Notes: generated by a model from the sequence alone, not told the origin. A stretch of DNA of 64,000 nt from Acidimicrobiia bacterium (GCA_031362155.1 JANLRZ010000056.1:39735-103734), one strand, 5' to 3'; positions 39,797 to 49,148 are shown, counted from the stretch's first letter. Program-made: numbers and translations.

Positions 39797-41848
39797 TCAG
39801 GTCGCGCGGTCGCCAGCGGCCGGCGCCGGCGTGTCGTCGGCGGGATGGTGACGACCGACGATTTCGAGGACTTGGGGGCCGTACCGTTCGAGCTTGACGG
39901 GCCCGACCCCGGGGACGGCCAGGAGTTGATCGTCGTCGGCGGGTCGAGCCGATGCGACGGCTCGCAACGACTTGTTGTCGAAGATGACGAACGCGGGTAC
40001 CCCGGCCGCGCGCGCCGCGTCACGTCGCCAGTCGACCAACGCATCGAACAGTGGCCGGTCGAGCGGCGTGAGTTCGTCGTCGGTCAAGCCCCGCAAGTTG
40101 GCACGCGCGGCGCGGGCGCCGCGTCGATTGACTGCCTGATCGCGGGGTGGTTCTGGTGCACCGGTCACGGCCCGCTCGATCTCGGCGAGGTAGGGGCTCG
40201 GTGATCGGTGGCTGACCCGTTCACCGCGATCACGTCGGCTGGCCCAGGAGATGTGGAGCGCGCGTTGGGCGCGGCTCAAACCGACGTAGAGGAGTCGTCG
40301 CTCTTCGGCGAGCGCGGCGCTGTCGCCCTGCGCGTGGGAGATGGGCACCAGGCCTTTCTCGAGTCCGGTGACGAAGACGGTGTCCCACTCGAGCCCTTTG
40401 GCGCGGTGGAAGGTCAGCAGATCGACCGCATCGGAGCTCAGGCCCGCATCGTCGTGACCCCGCAACGAGGTGCGCAGGAAATCGAGGAACTCGGGAACGG
40501 TGCCGCGGCCGCTGCTCACCGCGAGATACTCACGACCGAGTTGGGCGACGGCTTCGCGGTGGGTTCGGCTCTCCTCGGTGGCATCGGCGGCATCGCTGAT
40601 CAGGTCGGTGAGGTGTTCCGCGAAGTCGCGCGCGGGCGCTTTCCCAGCGATGTCCTGCAAGGTGTCGAGTGCGACCTTGACCTCGTTGCGTTCGAGGAAC
40701 GCCACGTCACCCCGGACGCGGTACGGGATGCCGGACCGCCGCAGCGCTTCTTCGAACCCGGCGGATTGGGCGTTGATGCGATAGAGCACAGCCATCGACG
40801 ACCACGGCTGACTCTGGGCCGCGGCGGCGCGCAGCTTCTCGACCACGCCGCGCGCTTCGGCGTCGGCGTCGGCGTAGGTGGTGATCGTGGGGGCCGGTCC
40901 CTGATGGCCGATCGACCGCACGGCGGCCCGTTGGCCCGAGGGCAGAACCGCGCGGGCGGCGGCGACGATCTCGGGCGTCGACCGATAGTTGACGTCGAGC
41001 CGGACGGTGGAGCCGCCCGGGAAGTGGTCGGCGAACCGGTTGAGATAGTCGGGGTCGGCGCCGGCGAAGGAGTAGATCGCCTGATCGGGGTCGCCCACCA
41101 CACAGACGTCGTCACGCTCGCCGAGCCACGCCCGCAGGAGCCGGAGCTGGGCGCGACTCACGTCTTGGAACTCGTCGACGAAGAAGTGCCGGAACCGCCA
41201 ACGCTGGGTGGCGACGAACTCGGCGTCCGATTCGAGGGCCTGGGCGCACAGCCGCACGAGATCGTCGAAGTCGATGACGTGGCGTTTGCGTTTCTCGGCC
41301 TGGTACTTCGCGTAGATGTCGGCCATGCGCTCGACGGGAATCGACGGGTCCCGACCGGCGCGGATCGCATGCTCGGCGTACGCTGCCGGGCCGACCAGTC
41401 GGGCTTGGGCCCATTCGATCTCGCCGGCGGCCTCGATGATCGCGAGGTTGGCCTGGGCGCCGCGCTTGCCACCGACGAGCGGTGCGAGGAGGCGAGCTTT
41501 CCGTTCGAGTAGTGCCGGCATCGCGGTGCCGCGATGATCGTGCATGGCCTTGAGTTGACCGAGGGCCACCGCGTGGAACGTGCCCGCCGTCAGCCCGTCG
41601 CGGACGCCGAGCCGGCGGAGCCGCGCGCGCAACTCGCCCGCGGCTTTGCGGGTGAAGGTCAAGGCGAGCACGTGGCTCGGTTCGATGGCCTCGGTTGCGG
41701 AGTGCCAAGCGATGCGGCGGGTCAACACGCGGGTCTTGCCCGAACCCGCCGGGGCGAGGATCGCCAAGGGTGTCTCGGCGGCCGTGACGGCGCGCCGCTG
41801 CGAATCGTCGAGATCCGTGAGGAGTCGCCGCTCCGGTTCCGAGGTCAC
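39797..41848 (-). CDS. uvrD2: ATP-dependent DNA helicase UvrD2 with C-terminal HRDC
   Basis: APAGSGKT, VDEFQD, GDPDQAIYSF, TFHRAKGLEW, PAFVIFD..GVGPVKL. Confidence 0.92.
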   Translation of the reverse strand: MTSEPERRLLTDLDDSQRRAVTAAETPLAILAPAGSGKTRVLTRRIAWHSATEAIEPSHVLALTFTRKAAGELRARLRRLGVRDGLTAGTFHAVALGQLKAMHDHRGTAMPALLERKARLLAPLVGGKRGAQANLAIIEAAGEIEWAQARLVGPAAYAEHAIRAGRDPSIPVERMADIYAKYQAEKRKRHVIDFDDLVRLCAQALESDAEFVATQRWRFRHFFVDEFQDVSRAQLRLLRAWLGERDDVCVVGDPDQAIYSFAGADPDYLNRFADHFPGGSTVRLDVNYRSTPEIVAAARAVLPSGQRAAVRSIGHQGPAPTITTYADADAEARGVVEKLRAAAAQSQPWSSMAVLYRINAQSAGFEEALRRSGIPYRVRGDVAFLERNEVKVALDTLQDIAGKAPARDFAEHLTDLISDAADATEESRTHREAVAQLGREYLAVSSGRGTVPEFLDFLRTSLRGHDDAGLSSDAVDLLTFHRAKGLEWDTVFVTGLEKGLVPISHAQGDSAALAEERRLLYVGLSRAQRALHISWASRRDRGERVSHRSPSPYLAEIERAVTGAPEPPRDQAVNRRGARAARANLRGLTDDELTPLDRPLFDALVDWRRDAARAAGVPAFVIFDNKSLRAVASARPADDDQLLAVPGVGPVKLERYGPQVLEIVGRHHPADDTPAPAAGDRAT

Positions 41849-41960
41849 CGCTGCACGCTACCGAGCCCGTGTGACCAGGGGGTGATGGTGCAGGGTCGTG
41901 GGCCGTGAATGACGCCAGCGGTCCCTGCCGTTTCCGGCTCGCAGTTCTAGGCTGGATGGC

Positions 41961-42626
41961 ATGCCGCCGTATCCCGAGAAGTTGATCAACGAGGGCGAGA
42001 CCCTGGTCCTGGACCTCAAACCCCATTGGTGGTTCTTCTGGAAGCACATCGCCTCCGGGGCCGGGATCTTGGTGGTCGTGATCCTCTGGCTCTCGTTCGG
42101 CTCGGCCAAGGCGCTGTCGTATCCGATCGCGATCGCGATCGTGGTGTACGTCGGTTTCGTCGTGGTCAAGTACCTGGGCTGGACCTACACCCACTTCGTC
42201 CTCACCGACCGGCGAGTCGTTGCTCGATCGGGCATCGTGTCGAAGCAGGGTACCGAGATCCCACTCGACCGGGTCAACAACATCGACTTCTCGCAGAAGA
42301 TCTTCGAGCGCCTGATCGGTGCCGGCGACCTCTCGATCGAGTCCGCCGGCCGTGACGGTCAGAGCCACTTCGAGAATGTGCGTCACCCCGACATGGTGCA
42401 GCAGGAGATCTATCGCCAGATGGAGGTCAACAGTCGGCGCCAGGCCACCTGGCAGGCCGACGCCATCGCCAGCGCCAACCCCGGGATGCAGAGTGCCCGG
42501 CCGCCGACGGCCGCCGCTCCCGACGTCGCGGATCAGATCGCGAAGCTGGCGACCTTGCGTGACCAAGGCGCCATCACCACTGAGGAGTTCGAGCGGAAGA
42601 AAGCCGAGCTCCTCGACCGGATGTAG
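41961..42626 (+). CDS. Membrane protein with bacterial PH domain and C-terminal SHOCT
   Basis: Two TMs, LTDRRV..SGI..EIPL, GAGDLSIESAG, KLATLRDQGAITTEEFERKKAELL. Confidence 0.88.
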   Translation: MPPYPEKLINEGETLVLDLKPHWWFFWKHIASGAGILVVVILWLSFGSAKALSYPIAIAIVVYVGFVVVKYLGWTYTHFVLTDRRVVARSGIVSKQGTEIPLDRVNNIDFSQKIFERLIGAGDLSIESAGRDGQSHFENVRHPDMVQQEIYRQMEVNSRRQATWQADAIASANPGMQSARPPTAAAPDVADQIAKLATLRDQGAITTEEFERKKAELLDRM

Positions 42627-42631
42627 ACGTC

Positions 42632-43342
42632 GTGGTCGAACCCCGTGTCGTCTCGCTCGTGCCGTCGGCGACGGAGACGTTGATCGCCATGGGCATCACG
42701 CCCGTGGCCTGCACGCGGTTCTGTGATCAACCGCGCGTTCAGGCTGTCGGGGGCACCAAGGACCCCGATGTGCGCGCGATCGTGGCGTTGCGGCCAGACC
42801 TTGTGATCGTGAACGACGAGGAGAACCGACGCGAAGACGCCGACGCGCTGGCCGCCGCCGGGGTGGCCTTGCACTCGATGTCGCCGCGCTCGGTGGCCGC
42901 CGTTGCTCCGGCGATTCGCGACCTCGCACACCGGCTGGGCGTGCGCGAGCCGGCGGCCACGTTCGAGTTGCCCGACCGCGACGCCCCGCAGGGTCGGGCC
43001 CTCATCCTCATCTGGCGGAGACCGTGGATGAGTCAGTCGGCCGACACGTACGGGTCGTCGATGCTCGAACATCTGGGATGGACCACTGCGCAGTCAGGGC
43101 CGGACCGGTATCCGGTGGTGTCTGATCGCGAGATCACGGCCGCGGCACCCGACCTCGTCGTGCTTCCGGATGAGCCGTACCCGTTCGGCCCCCGCCACGT
43201 TCCGGAACTCGCGGCGATCGTTCCCGACGCGCGGGTCGTCTTCGTCGATGGTCGAGACCTGCTCTGGTGGGGGACCCGGACCGCCGGCGGATTGACCCGG
43301 CTTCGGGACGCGCTGGTCCGATCTCATCCAGATCGGGGTTGA
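42632..43342 (+). CDS. Helical-backbone metal receptor (BtuF-like), no signal peptide
   Basis: RVVSLVPSATETL, VGGTKDPD, EENRRED, LPDEPYPF, WWGTR. Confidence 0.85.
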   Translation: MVEPRVVSLVPSATETLIAMGITPVACTRFCDQPRVQAVGGTKDPDVRAIVALRPDLVIVNDEENRREDADALAAAGVALHSMSPRSVAAVAPAIRDLAHRLGVREPAATFELPDRDAPQGRALILIWRRPWMSQSADTYGSSMLEHLGWTTAQSGPDRYPVVSDREITAAAPDLVVLPDEPYPFGPRHVPELAAIVPDARVVFVDGRDLLWWGTRTAGGLTRLRDALVRSHPDRG

Positions 43343-43463
43343 ACGAAATATATGGTCTGTCTAGATTGCCCCGCTTGAGCCATATCCGGAACACGATCAC
43401 CGCGCTGAGAACAACAAATACAACATTGGCATCATCTGCAACTTCCGTGCGAATATCTGCGGC
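43343..43463 (+). promoter_or_regulatory. AT-rich upstream control region of the decarboxylase/acyltransferase operon
   Basis: Visibly AT-rich against its flanks (gaaatatat, acaacaaatacaacatt); candidate -10 TAGATT at about 43362-43367. Confidence 0.45.
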
Positions 43464-43835
43464 ATGATGGAGTTCGTACTCGACGACGCAGCGCTGACCG
43501 ATCTGGCACCGGACATCCACCGGCAGCGACTGGTGATCGAAGGCGTACCGGCGCACCCGATCGACGACGGCGCGATCGTCGACTATCTCCGCGGCCTGAG
43601 CAAGGTCTGCGGGATGGTGACGCTGATCGACCCGGTGACGCACCGTTCGGACAAATACGGCTGGGCGGGGTGGATCCACTGGGAGACCTCGGGTGCGCAC
43701 TTCTACGCGTGGGAGACGCCCCGACTGTTCTTCAGTGTCGATATCTACACGTGTAAGGCCTTCGATCCGGCCGCCGCGGTGATCTACACCAGCCAGTACT
43801 TCTCCGCCGAGCGGTGCGTCGCGAAGGAGTTCTGA
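43464..43835 (+). CDS. Divergent pyruvoyl-dependent AdoMet decarboxylase (SpeD class 1B) homologue
   Basis: RQRLVIE, HR...YG..G....ETSG, W, VDIYTCK.FDP align by eye to SpeD RHLVAE, HR...YGVSG....SESH, W, IDLFTCG..DP. Confidence 0.75.
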   Translation: MMEFVLDDAALTDLAPDIHRQRLVIEGVPAHPIDDGAIVDYLRGLSKVCGMVTLIDPVTHRSDKYGWAGWIHWETSGAHFYAWETPRLFFSVDIYTCKAFDPAAAVIYTSQYFSAERCVAKEF

Positions 43836-44662
43836 TGGTCGACATCGATCTGGTTCAGGAGGAGTTGCGCGAACTCGCACGGCCGGTGGTGGAAGCAGCC
43901 GGCCACCCCTCCGAACCATTCGGTGTCTATTTGTTTCGAGCCGACACGCCCCAGGCGCGGCTGGCTCGCTACGTCGAGGACACCGTGTTCGCCGAGTGGT
44001 TCGGAAACTCGTCCGAGCTCATCGAAGCCGAGTACGGCCCGTACGACGAGTCCACGTACTTCATCACCGTGATCGATCATCTCCGTCAACTTCCGGCCGG
44101 CATGATCCGAGTCACGATCCCGTCCGAACGTGGGCTGAAAACGCTGGCCGACATCGAAGCGGTGTGGAAGCAACCACTCGACGAGACCGTGGCGCGCACC
44201 GGTCTCGAATGGGATCGCTCGGTCGTCTGGGATGTCGCCACCATGGCCGTGCACGCCGACTACCGCGGCAAGGCGACCGACGGCATGATCAGTCTCGCGA
44301 TGTACCAAGCGGTCGTTCGGTCCTTCCGGTCCGGTGGCGCGCGTTGGTTCGTGTGCGTGCTCGACCTGCACGTCGCCAACCTGATGCAGGATCTCACGAG
44401 TCAACCGTTCTGGACGTTCGACGGGGTCGAACCCATCAACTACCTGGACTCGCCCGCCAGCAACGCGTTCTGGTGTGACTTCGAAGAGTACGGGCCCCGG
44501 TTACGGTCGGCCGATCCGTTCATGTACGGCGTGTTGTTCGACGGGGTCGGCATCGAGTCGGTCGTGCGGGAAGCGTCGTACGACGTTGCGGCCGAAATGG
44601 CCGGCCGGACGGCGCCGGCACTGCGGCTCGTCGACCACGATGCAACCCGCGCGCCCGCTTAG
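43835..44662 (+). CDS. LuxI/FeeM-like GNAT-fold N-acyltransferase (putative autoinducer or N-acyl amide synthase)
   Basis: ARYVE..VF...FG....E.EY..YD.ST.F....D......GMIR, WDVATMAV...YRG; TGATG coupling to the upstream gene. Confidence 0.6.
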   Translation: MVDIDLVQEELRELARPVVEAAGHPSEPFGVYLFRADTPQARLARYVEDTVFAEWFGNSSELIEAEYGPYDESTYFITVIDHLRQLPAGMIRVTIPSERGLKTLADIEAVWKQPLDETVARTGLEWDRSVVWDVATMAVHADYRGKATDGMISLAMYQAVVRSFRSGGARWFVCVLDLHVANLMQDLTSQPFWTFDGVEPINYLDSPASNAFWCDFEEYGPRLRSADPFMYGVLFDGVGIESVVREASYDVAAEMAGRTAPALRLVDHDATRAPA

Positions 44663-47046
44663 GCGCTGAACCGTTCGCGCACCGGCATGAGGCGCCCCTT
44701 GGCGTTGGCCTCGAGCCGCGCGACCACGGCGGGAATCAGACTGGCCTCGACCGGCCGGGAGTAGAGGTACCCCTGGGCGCGATCGACGTGGAGCCGTTCG
44801 AGTCGGGCGGCCTGATGTTCGACCTCGACCCCTTCGGCGACGGTGCCGATGCCGAGCGCGCCGGCCATCGCGACAATCGCCGCCACCAGGGTCTCGTCCG
44901 AGCTGTCGTCGCTCTCGAGTCCGACCACGAACGCACGGTCAATCTTCACGTCGTCGACCGGGAATCGGCGCAGGTAGGCCAGTGACGAGTATCCCGTCCC
45001 GAAATCGTCGATTGAGAGGCGGATCCCCAACGCCTTGAGCCGGGCGAGGTGCTCGGCCGCCTGGACCGGGTTCTCCATGAGTGCGCTTTCGGTGAGTTCC
45101 AACGTCAATGCGTCGCGGGGGATGTCGGCGGCTTGGATGATGGCGTCGAGTCGGTCGACCATCGATGGGTCACGCAACTGACGGGCCGAGAGATTGACGG
45201 CCATTCCGAGGCGGCCGCCGTGGGGGAGTTCGTCCCGCCATCGCGCGAGCTGCACCAACGACTGCTCGAGCACCCACGCACCGATTTCGACGATCAAACC
45301 CGTGTCCTCGGCCACCGGGATGAACGACGCCGGCGGGACCTGACCCCAAGCGGGGTGGGACCAGCGCAGCAGGGCCTCGAAGCTCGAGACCCGTCCGGAG
45401 GGGAGATCGAGGACGGGTTGATAGTGCAAGGAGAGTTCGCCCCGGCCGAGTGCGTGGCGAAGGTCGCGCTGGATGGTCAGACGTTGGTACACGCGGTCGC
45501 GCATTCCGTGGTCGAAGACCACGACGGCGTCCCGACCGGCATCCTTGGCTTGGTACACCGCAGTGTCAGCATCGCGGATGAGGCCTTCGGCAGTGACGTC
45601 GGGATCGTCGAGGTCGGCCAACACCACACCGACCGACGCCGACGACGCCACCTCGGACCCGTGGATGACGAACGGCTCGGAGAACAGGCGGCGGGTGCGG
45701 TGGGCGAGGTCGAGGAGATCCTCGTCGCGGTCGACACCGTGAATGATGATGAGGAACTCGTCTCCGCCGACGCGCGCCACGACATCGAGCGGCCGAGTCG
45801 AACGGCGCACGCGGGTCGCGGCGATCGAGATGAGTTCGTCGCCGAAGCTGTGGCCGTGACTGTCGTTCACGAGCTTGAACCGGTCGATGTCGACGAGGAG
45901 CAAGGCGATCGACGACTGCGCGGCCCGGGCGGCGTCGAGCGCACCGGTCAGGTGACGTTGCGCGCCGATCCGGTTGGGAAGTCCGGTGAGCGCGTCGTGC
46001 TGGCTGAGGTGGACCAGGCGCGCTTCCGAGCGGGCCCGGCCCCGGATGGCGCGCACGATCCGCAAAATGGCAAGCGCGGTCAAGCCGAAGACGATGCCGC
46101 CCAAGACCAGTCGATCAGATCGGGCCGCCGGTGGACGGGTCACCGCGATGAACCCGGGGATCGCCAGGGCCAGGCCGAGAACGACGACTCGTCCGACGGT
46201 CGCGGTGTTCTCGGATTCAACGTCGGGTTCGGTCTGTTGACGCATCGACGGTTGGAGCGCCGAGATGGCGTAGGCGACGAGGGCGAGCGCGTACGGGACT
46301 TCGATCAACCGCTGCGGTATTGCGACCGAGTGGGTTTCGAGCACCATGAACAGGACATCACCGACGAGTAGGAATGCCATGGCCGCCATGCGCAAGAGAT
46401 CGGCGCGCGACTGCCGACCCCCGGTGCTGAACGCGAGGCCGGCGGTGAGCGCGACCAGGCAGGCCGAGATCGGCGCGTAGGTCGCGACGACGATGCGGAC
46501 CGACATCGGCGCCGAGTTCAGGATCAACGTCGGGTTCATGAGGAAGACCCATGCGATGGCGAGCGCGGCCAATGCCGCCACGGCGGCATCGAGGCCCAGG
46601 TCGAGGCGCGTGGCCCGGTCGCGGTGACGGGCGCGCACGAACCCCATCAGGGCGACCAAGATGACGAAGTAGCCGGGGATGGTGACGAGGTCCGGGATCA
46701 GGGAGCGGTTCGCGCTGAGGTCGCCGAGCGTGTTGAGCGCGTCGCGCGCAACCCCGCCGATGAGGAACAACGTGAATCCGACGGCGAAGGCGTACCACGG
46801 CCACCGCAGCCGGGGTTGGTATCGGCGGACGCCGATCAGGGTCGCGGCGATGGCGGTCAGGGTCAGCGCTGGGAAAGTGATGGCGACCAGCGGTCCGAGC
46901 AGCCCGAGCGCCAGGGCGAGGATCCAGGTCCCGGCGACGGCGGTGATGACGATCGGAAGCCGTTGCCCGCCGACGTCGAGTCGCGTCGAAGTCGGGCCCG
47001 GAGAGTCCTGCCCTTCGGTGCTGCGCAACTCGGATGTCTCAGCCAC
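44659..47046 (-). CDS. Multi-TM sensor GGDEF-EAL diguanylate cyclase/phosphodiesterase
   Basis: About 8-9 hydrophobic segments, HDALTGLPNR, RPLD-x5-GGDEF, FEALLRW, DDFGTGYSS; GTG at 47046 with upstream GAAGGGG. Confidence 0.93.
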   Translation of the reverse strand: MAETSELRSTEGQDSPGPTSTRLDVGGQRLPIVITAVAGTWILALALGLLGPLVAITFPALTLTAIAATLIGVRRYQPRLRWPWYAFAVGFTLFLIGGVARDALNTLGDLSANRSLIPDLVTIPGYFVILVALMGFVRARHRDRATRLDLGLDAAVAALAALAIAWVFLMNPTLILNSAPMSVRIVVATYAPISACLVALTAGLAFSTGGRQSRADLLRMAAMAFLLVGDVLFMVLETHSVAIPQRLIEVPYALALVAYAISALQPSMRQQTEPDVESENTATVGRVVVLGLALAIPGFIAVTRPPAARSDRLVLGGIVFGLTALAILRIVRAIRGRARSEARLVHLSQHDALTGLPNRIGAQRHLTGALDAARAAQSSIALLLVDIDRFKLVNDSHGHSFGDELISIAATRVRRSTRPLDVVARVGGDEFLIIIHGVDRDEDLLDLAHRTRRLFSEPFVIHGSEVASSASVGVVLADLDDPDVTAEGLIRDADTAVYQAKDAGRDAVVVFDHGMRDRVYQRLTIQRDLRHALGRGELSLHYQPVLDLPSGRVSSFEALLRWSHPAWGQVPPASFIPVAEDTGLIVEIGAWVLEQSLVQLARWRDELPHGGRLGMAVNLSARQLRDPSMVDRLDAIIQAADIPRDALTLELTESALMENPVQAAEHLARLKALGIRLSIDDFGTGYSSLAYLRRFPVDDVKIDRAFVVGLESDDSSDETLVAAIVAMAGALGIGTVAEGVEVEHQAARLERLHVDRAQGYLYSRPVEASLIPAVVARLEANAKGRLMPVRERFSA

Positions 47047-47095
47047 TCGCCCCTTCGTCGGCCGGAACGGCGCCAGGCTTGAGGAGACGAACGAA

Positions 47096-48157
47096 TTACT
47101 GAGTGTTTCCAGCGCCGGCGGCTGCTCGGGCATGGAATCCGGTGGCGGGGCGGCCGGACGCCTCGCCGTACGCGTCGATCGTGGCGTCGAGACAGCGATC
47201 TGCGGTGGCAACCGGAGCCAGCGCGACGACACATCCCCCGAAGCCGGCGCCCGTGAGACGGGCTCCGTAGGCCCCGTTGGCGACGAACGTCTCGACGAGC
47301 AGATCGAGTTCGGGTGTCGATACCGCGAAGTCGTCGCGGAGGCTGGCGTGGCTGGCGAGCAGCAACTCACCGAGGCGTTCGGGAACCGGGCGGGAAAGAT
47401 TCGCCACGAACTCGAGCACCCGCGCGTTCTCACTGACCACGTGGCGGGCTACGGGGTCGTCGGCGACCTGGTCGGGGCTGGCGTCGCGCAAGGCCGGGAT
47501 CCCGAGCCGCGACGCGGCTGCTTCGGTTGCCGCCCGCCGCTGCGCGTACTCACTGTCGACGAGTTCTCGAGTCACGCCCGAGTGCACAATGAGGACAGCA
47601 AGGTCGGGGGGCAGCGGAACCGGCTTGACGCTGAGGTCGCGACAGTCGAGCAGGAGTGCGTGCTCGGCCTCGCCGAATAGCGACGCCATCTGATCGAGCA
47701 GACCCCCGGGCACCCCGGTTGCGGCAACCTCGGCGGCGAGCGCGAGGCGAGCGATCTCGCGTCGGTCCGCCCGTTCGGGCGCGTCGGCGGGGAGCAGTGC
47801 GAGCGTCAACGCGATGGAGAGCGCGGACGATGAGGAGAGACCTGCGCCGGCCGGTACCGTGCTGTCGATGTCGAGGTCGGCGCCCTCAAGCCGGTGGCCG
47901 CGGGCGAGCAACGTGGTGACTGTGCCGGCCACGAAGAGTGACCAGCGCGGGGCGTCCTCCGGGCTCGACCCGTCGTCGATGGCCACCGTCGTCTCGTCCG
48001 GAAGTTGGTGTGACCGGGCGCGAATCCACGGTGTCGTGGTCGGGGTCACCCGGATTCGGCACTCACGATCGATCGCCATCGGCAGACAGAAGCCGTCCGA
48101 ATAATCCGTGTGTTCACCAATCAGGTTCACTCGTCCCGGTGCCCGGACCATGTGCAT
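47096..48157 (-). CDS. galK: Galactokinase
   Basis: APGRVNLIGEHTDY, PAGAGLSSSSA, GARLTGAGFGG. Confidence 0.93.
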   Translation of the reverse strand: MHMVRAPGRVNLIGEHTDYSDGFCLPMAIDRECRIRVTPTTTPWIRARSHQLPDETTVAIDDGSSPEDAPRWSLFVAGTVTTLLARGHRLEGADLDIDSTVPAGAGLSSSSALSIALTLALLPADAPERADRREIARLALAAEVAATGVPGGLLDQMASLFGEAEHALLLDCRDLSVKPVPLPPDLAVLIVHSGVTRELVDSEYAQRRAATEAAASRLGIPALRDASPDQVADDPVARHVVSENARVLEFVANLSRPVPERLGELLLASHASLRDDFAVSTPELDLLVETFVANGAYGARLTGAGFGGCVVALAPVATADRCLDATIDAYGEASGRPATGFHARAAAGAGNTQ

Positions 48158-48215
48158 TCCGAGAAATCCCTGCTACTCGACTCAATTCGAAGACCGGAGT
48201 GACGATACTGATTGC

Positions 48216-49076
48216 ATGAAGATTCGATTCAAGCGAACGCTCGCGCTCGCCCGGGCCAGCTGGGACGTCCTGAAGTCGGACCGAACCCTGGCGCTCTTCC
48301 CGGTGCTGTCCGCTGTCCTCTCGTTGGCGGTCCTGATGATCATGGCCGTGCTCGGCTGGGTCACCAAGGGTTCGGCAACGACGAGTTCCGGGGATACGCA
48401 GTACACCGCGAATGCTGCGACTGCTGTGGTCGCGATCATCGGCTACGTGGGGATCGCCTTCGTGCAGACCTACTTCCTGGCCGCGCTGGTCGGCTCGGCG
48501 AACGAGGTGTTCGAGGGGCGCTCCACCACGGTCCGGGACGGCATGAAGATCGCGTCGTCCCGTGCGGGTCGTCTCCTCCCCTGGGCGCTGGTGTCGGCCA
48601 CGGTGTCGTGGATTCTGCGGTCACTCGAAGAGCGGGCCGGATTTGTCGGTCAACTGGTCGTCGGATTGATCGGCGGCGCGTGGTCGGTGCTGACGTTCTT
48701 GACCGTGCCGGCGATCGTGTTCGAAGACCTCGGACCCGTCAATGCGCTGAAACGATCGGGCACCCTCGTCAAGGCGACCTGGGGTGAGAACATCATCGCC
48801 CAGATGGGATTCGGGCTCCTCGCGCTGCCGGCGATCCTCGTCGCGCTCGGTATCGCCTTCGGTGGGATTGCAACGAACATCGGCGTGGTGGCGGTGGTGG
48901 CAATCACGGTCGCGGTGCTGATCCTCATCGCGACGACTGTGATAATCGCCGCGCTCGGGGGGATCTTCCGCACTGCCCTCTACCGGTATGCCGTCGACGG
49001 CTGGACTCCGCCGGCATTCGCGACCACCCACCTCGACGAGGCCTTCGCACCCAAGTCGGGCTCCTCCCGCTTCTGA
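48216..49076 (+). CDS. Polytopic membrane protein (DUF6159-like)
   Basis: LARASWDVL..D..L..FP, WSVLTFL.VP, ALKRS..L.K.TWGE, ALYRYA. Confidence 0.8.
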   Translation: MKIRFKRTLALARASWDVLKSDRTLALFPVLSAVLSLAVLMIMAVLGWVTKGSATTSSGDTQYTANAATAVVAIIGYVGIAFVQTYFLAALVGSANEVFEGRSTTVRDGMKIASSRAGRLLPWALVSATVSWILRSLEERAGFVGQLVVGLIGGAWSVLTFLTVPAIVFEDLGPVNALKRSGTLVKATWGENIIAQMGFGLLALPAILVALGIAFGGIATNIGVVAVVAITVAVLILIATTVIIAALGGIFRTALYRYAVDGWTPPAFATTHLDEAFAPKSGSSRF

Positions 49077-49090
49077 ATCAGGGGCTCTGC

Positions 49091-49148
49091 TTCTCGCCGC
49101 TCGGCACTACGGGCCGGCCGCTCGGGCCCCGGCTGCGTCACGGTCGGG
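49091..49148 (+). repeat. REP-like intergenic repeat, family B copy 1
   Basis: gggccggccgctcgggccccggctgcgtcacg.gtcggg shared with 51088-51138 and 54142-54210 (rc). Confidence 0.7.

Noticed and set aside
43343-43463. c-di-GMP or SAM riboswitch upstream of the decarboxylase
   Set aside because: I could not find the c-di-GMP-I/II or SAM aptamer consensus elements by eye; an Infernal/Rfam scan would settle it.
43464-43835. Assigning the gene symbol speD (ordinary spermidine biosynthesis)
   Set aside because: The canonical ESH motif is altered, and no aminopropyltransferase is adjacent.
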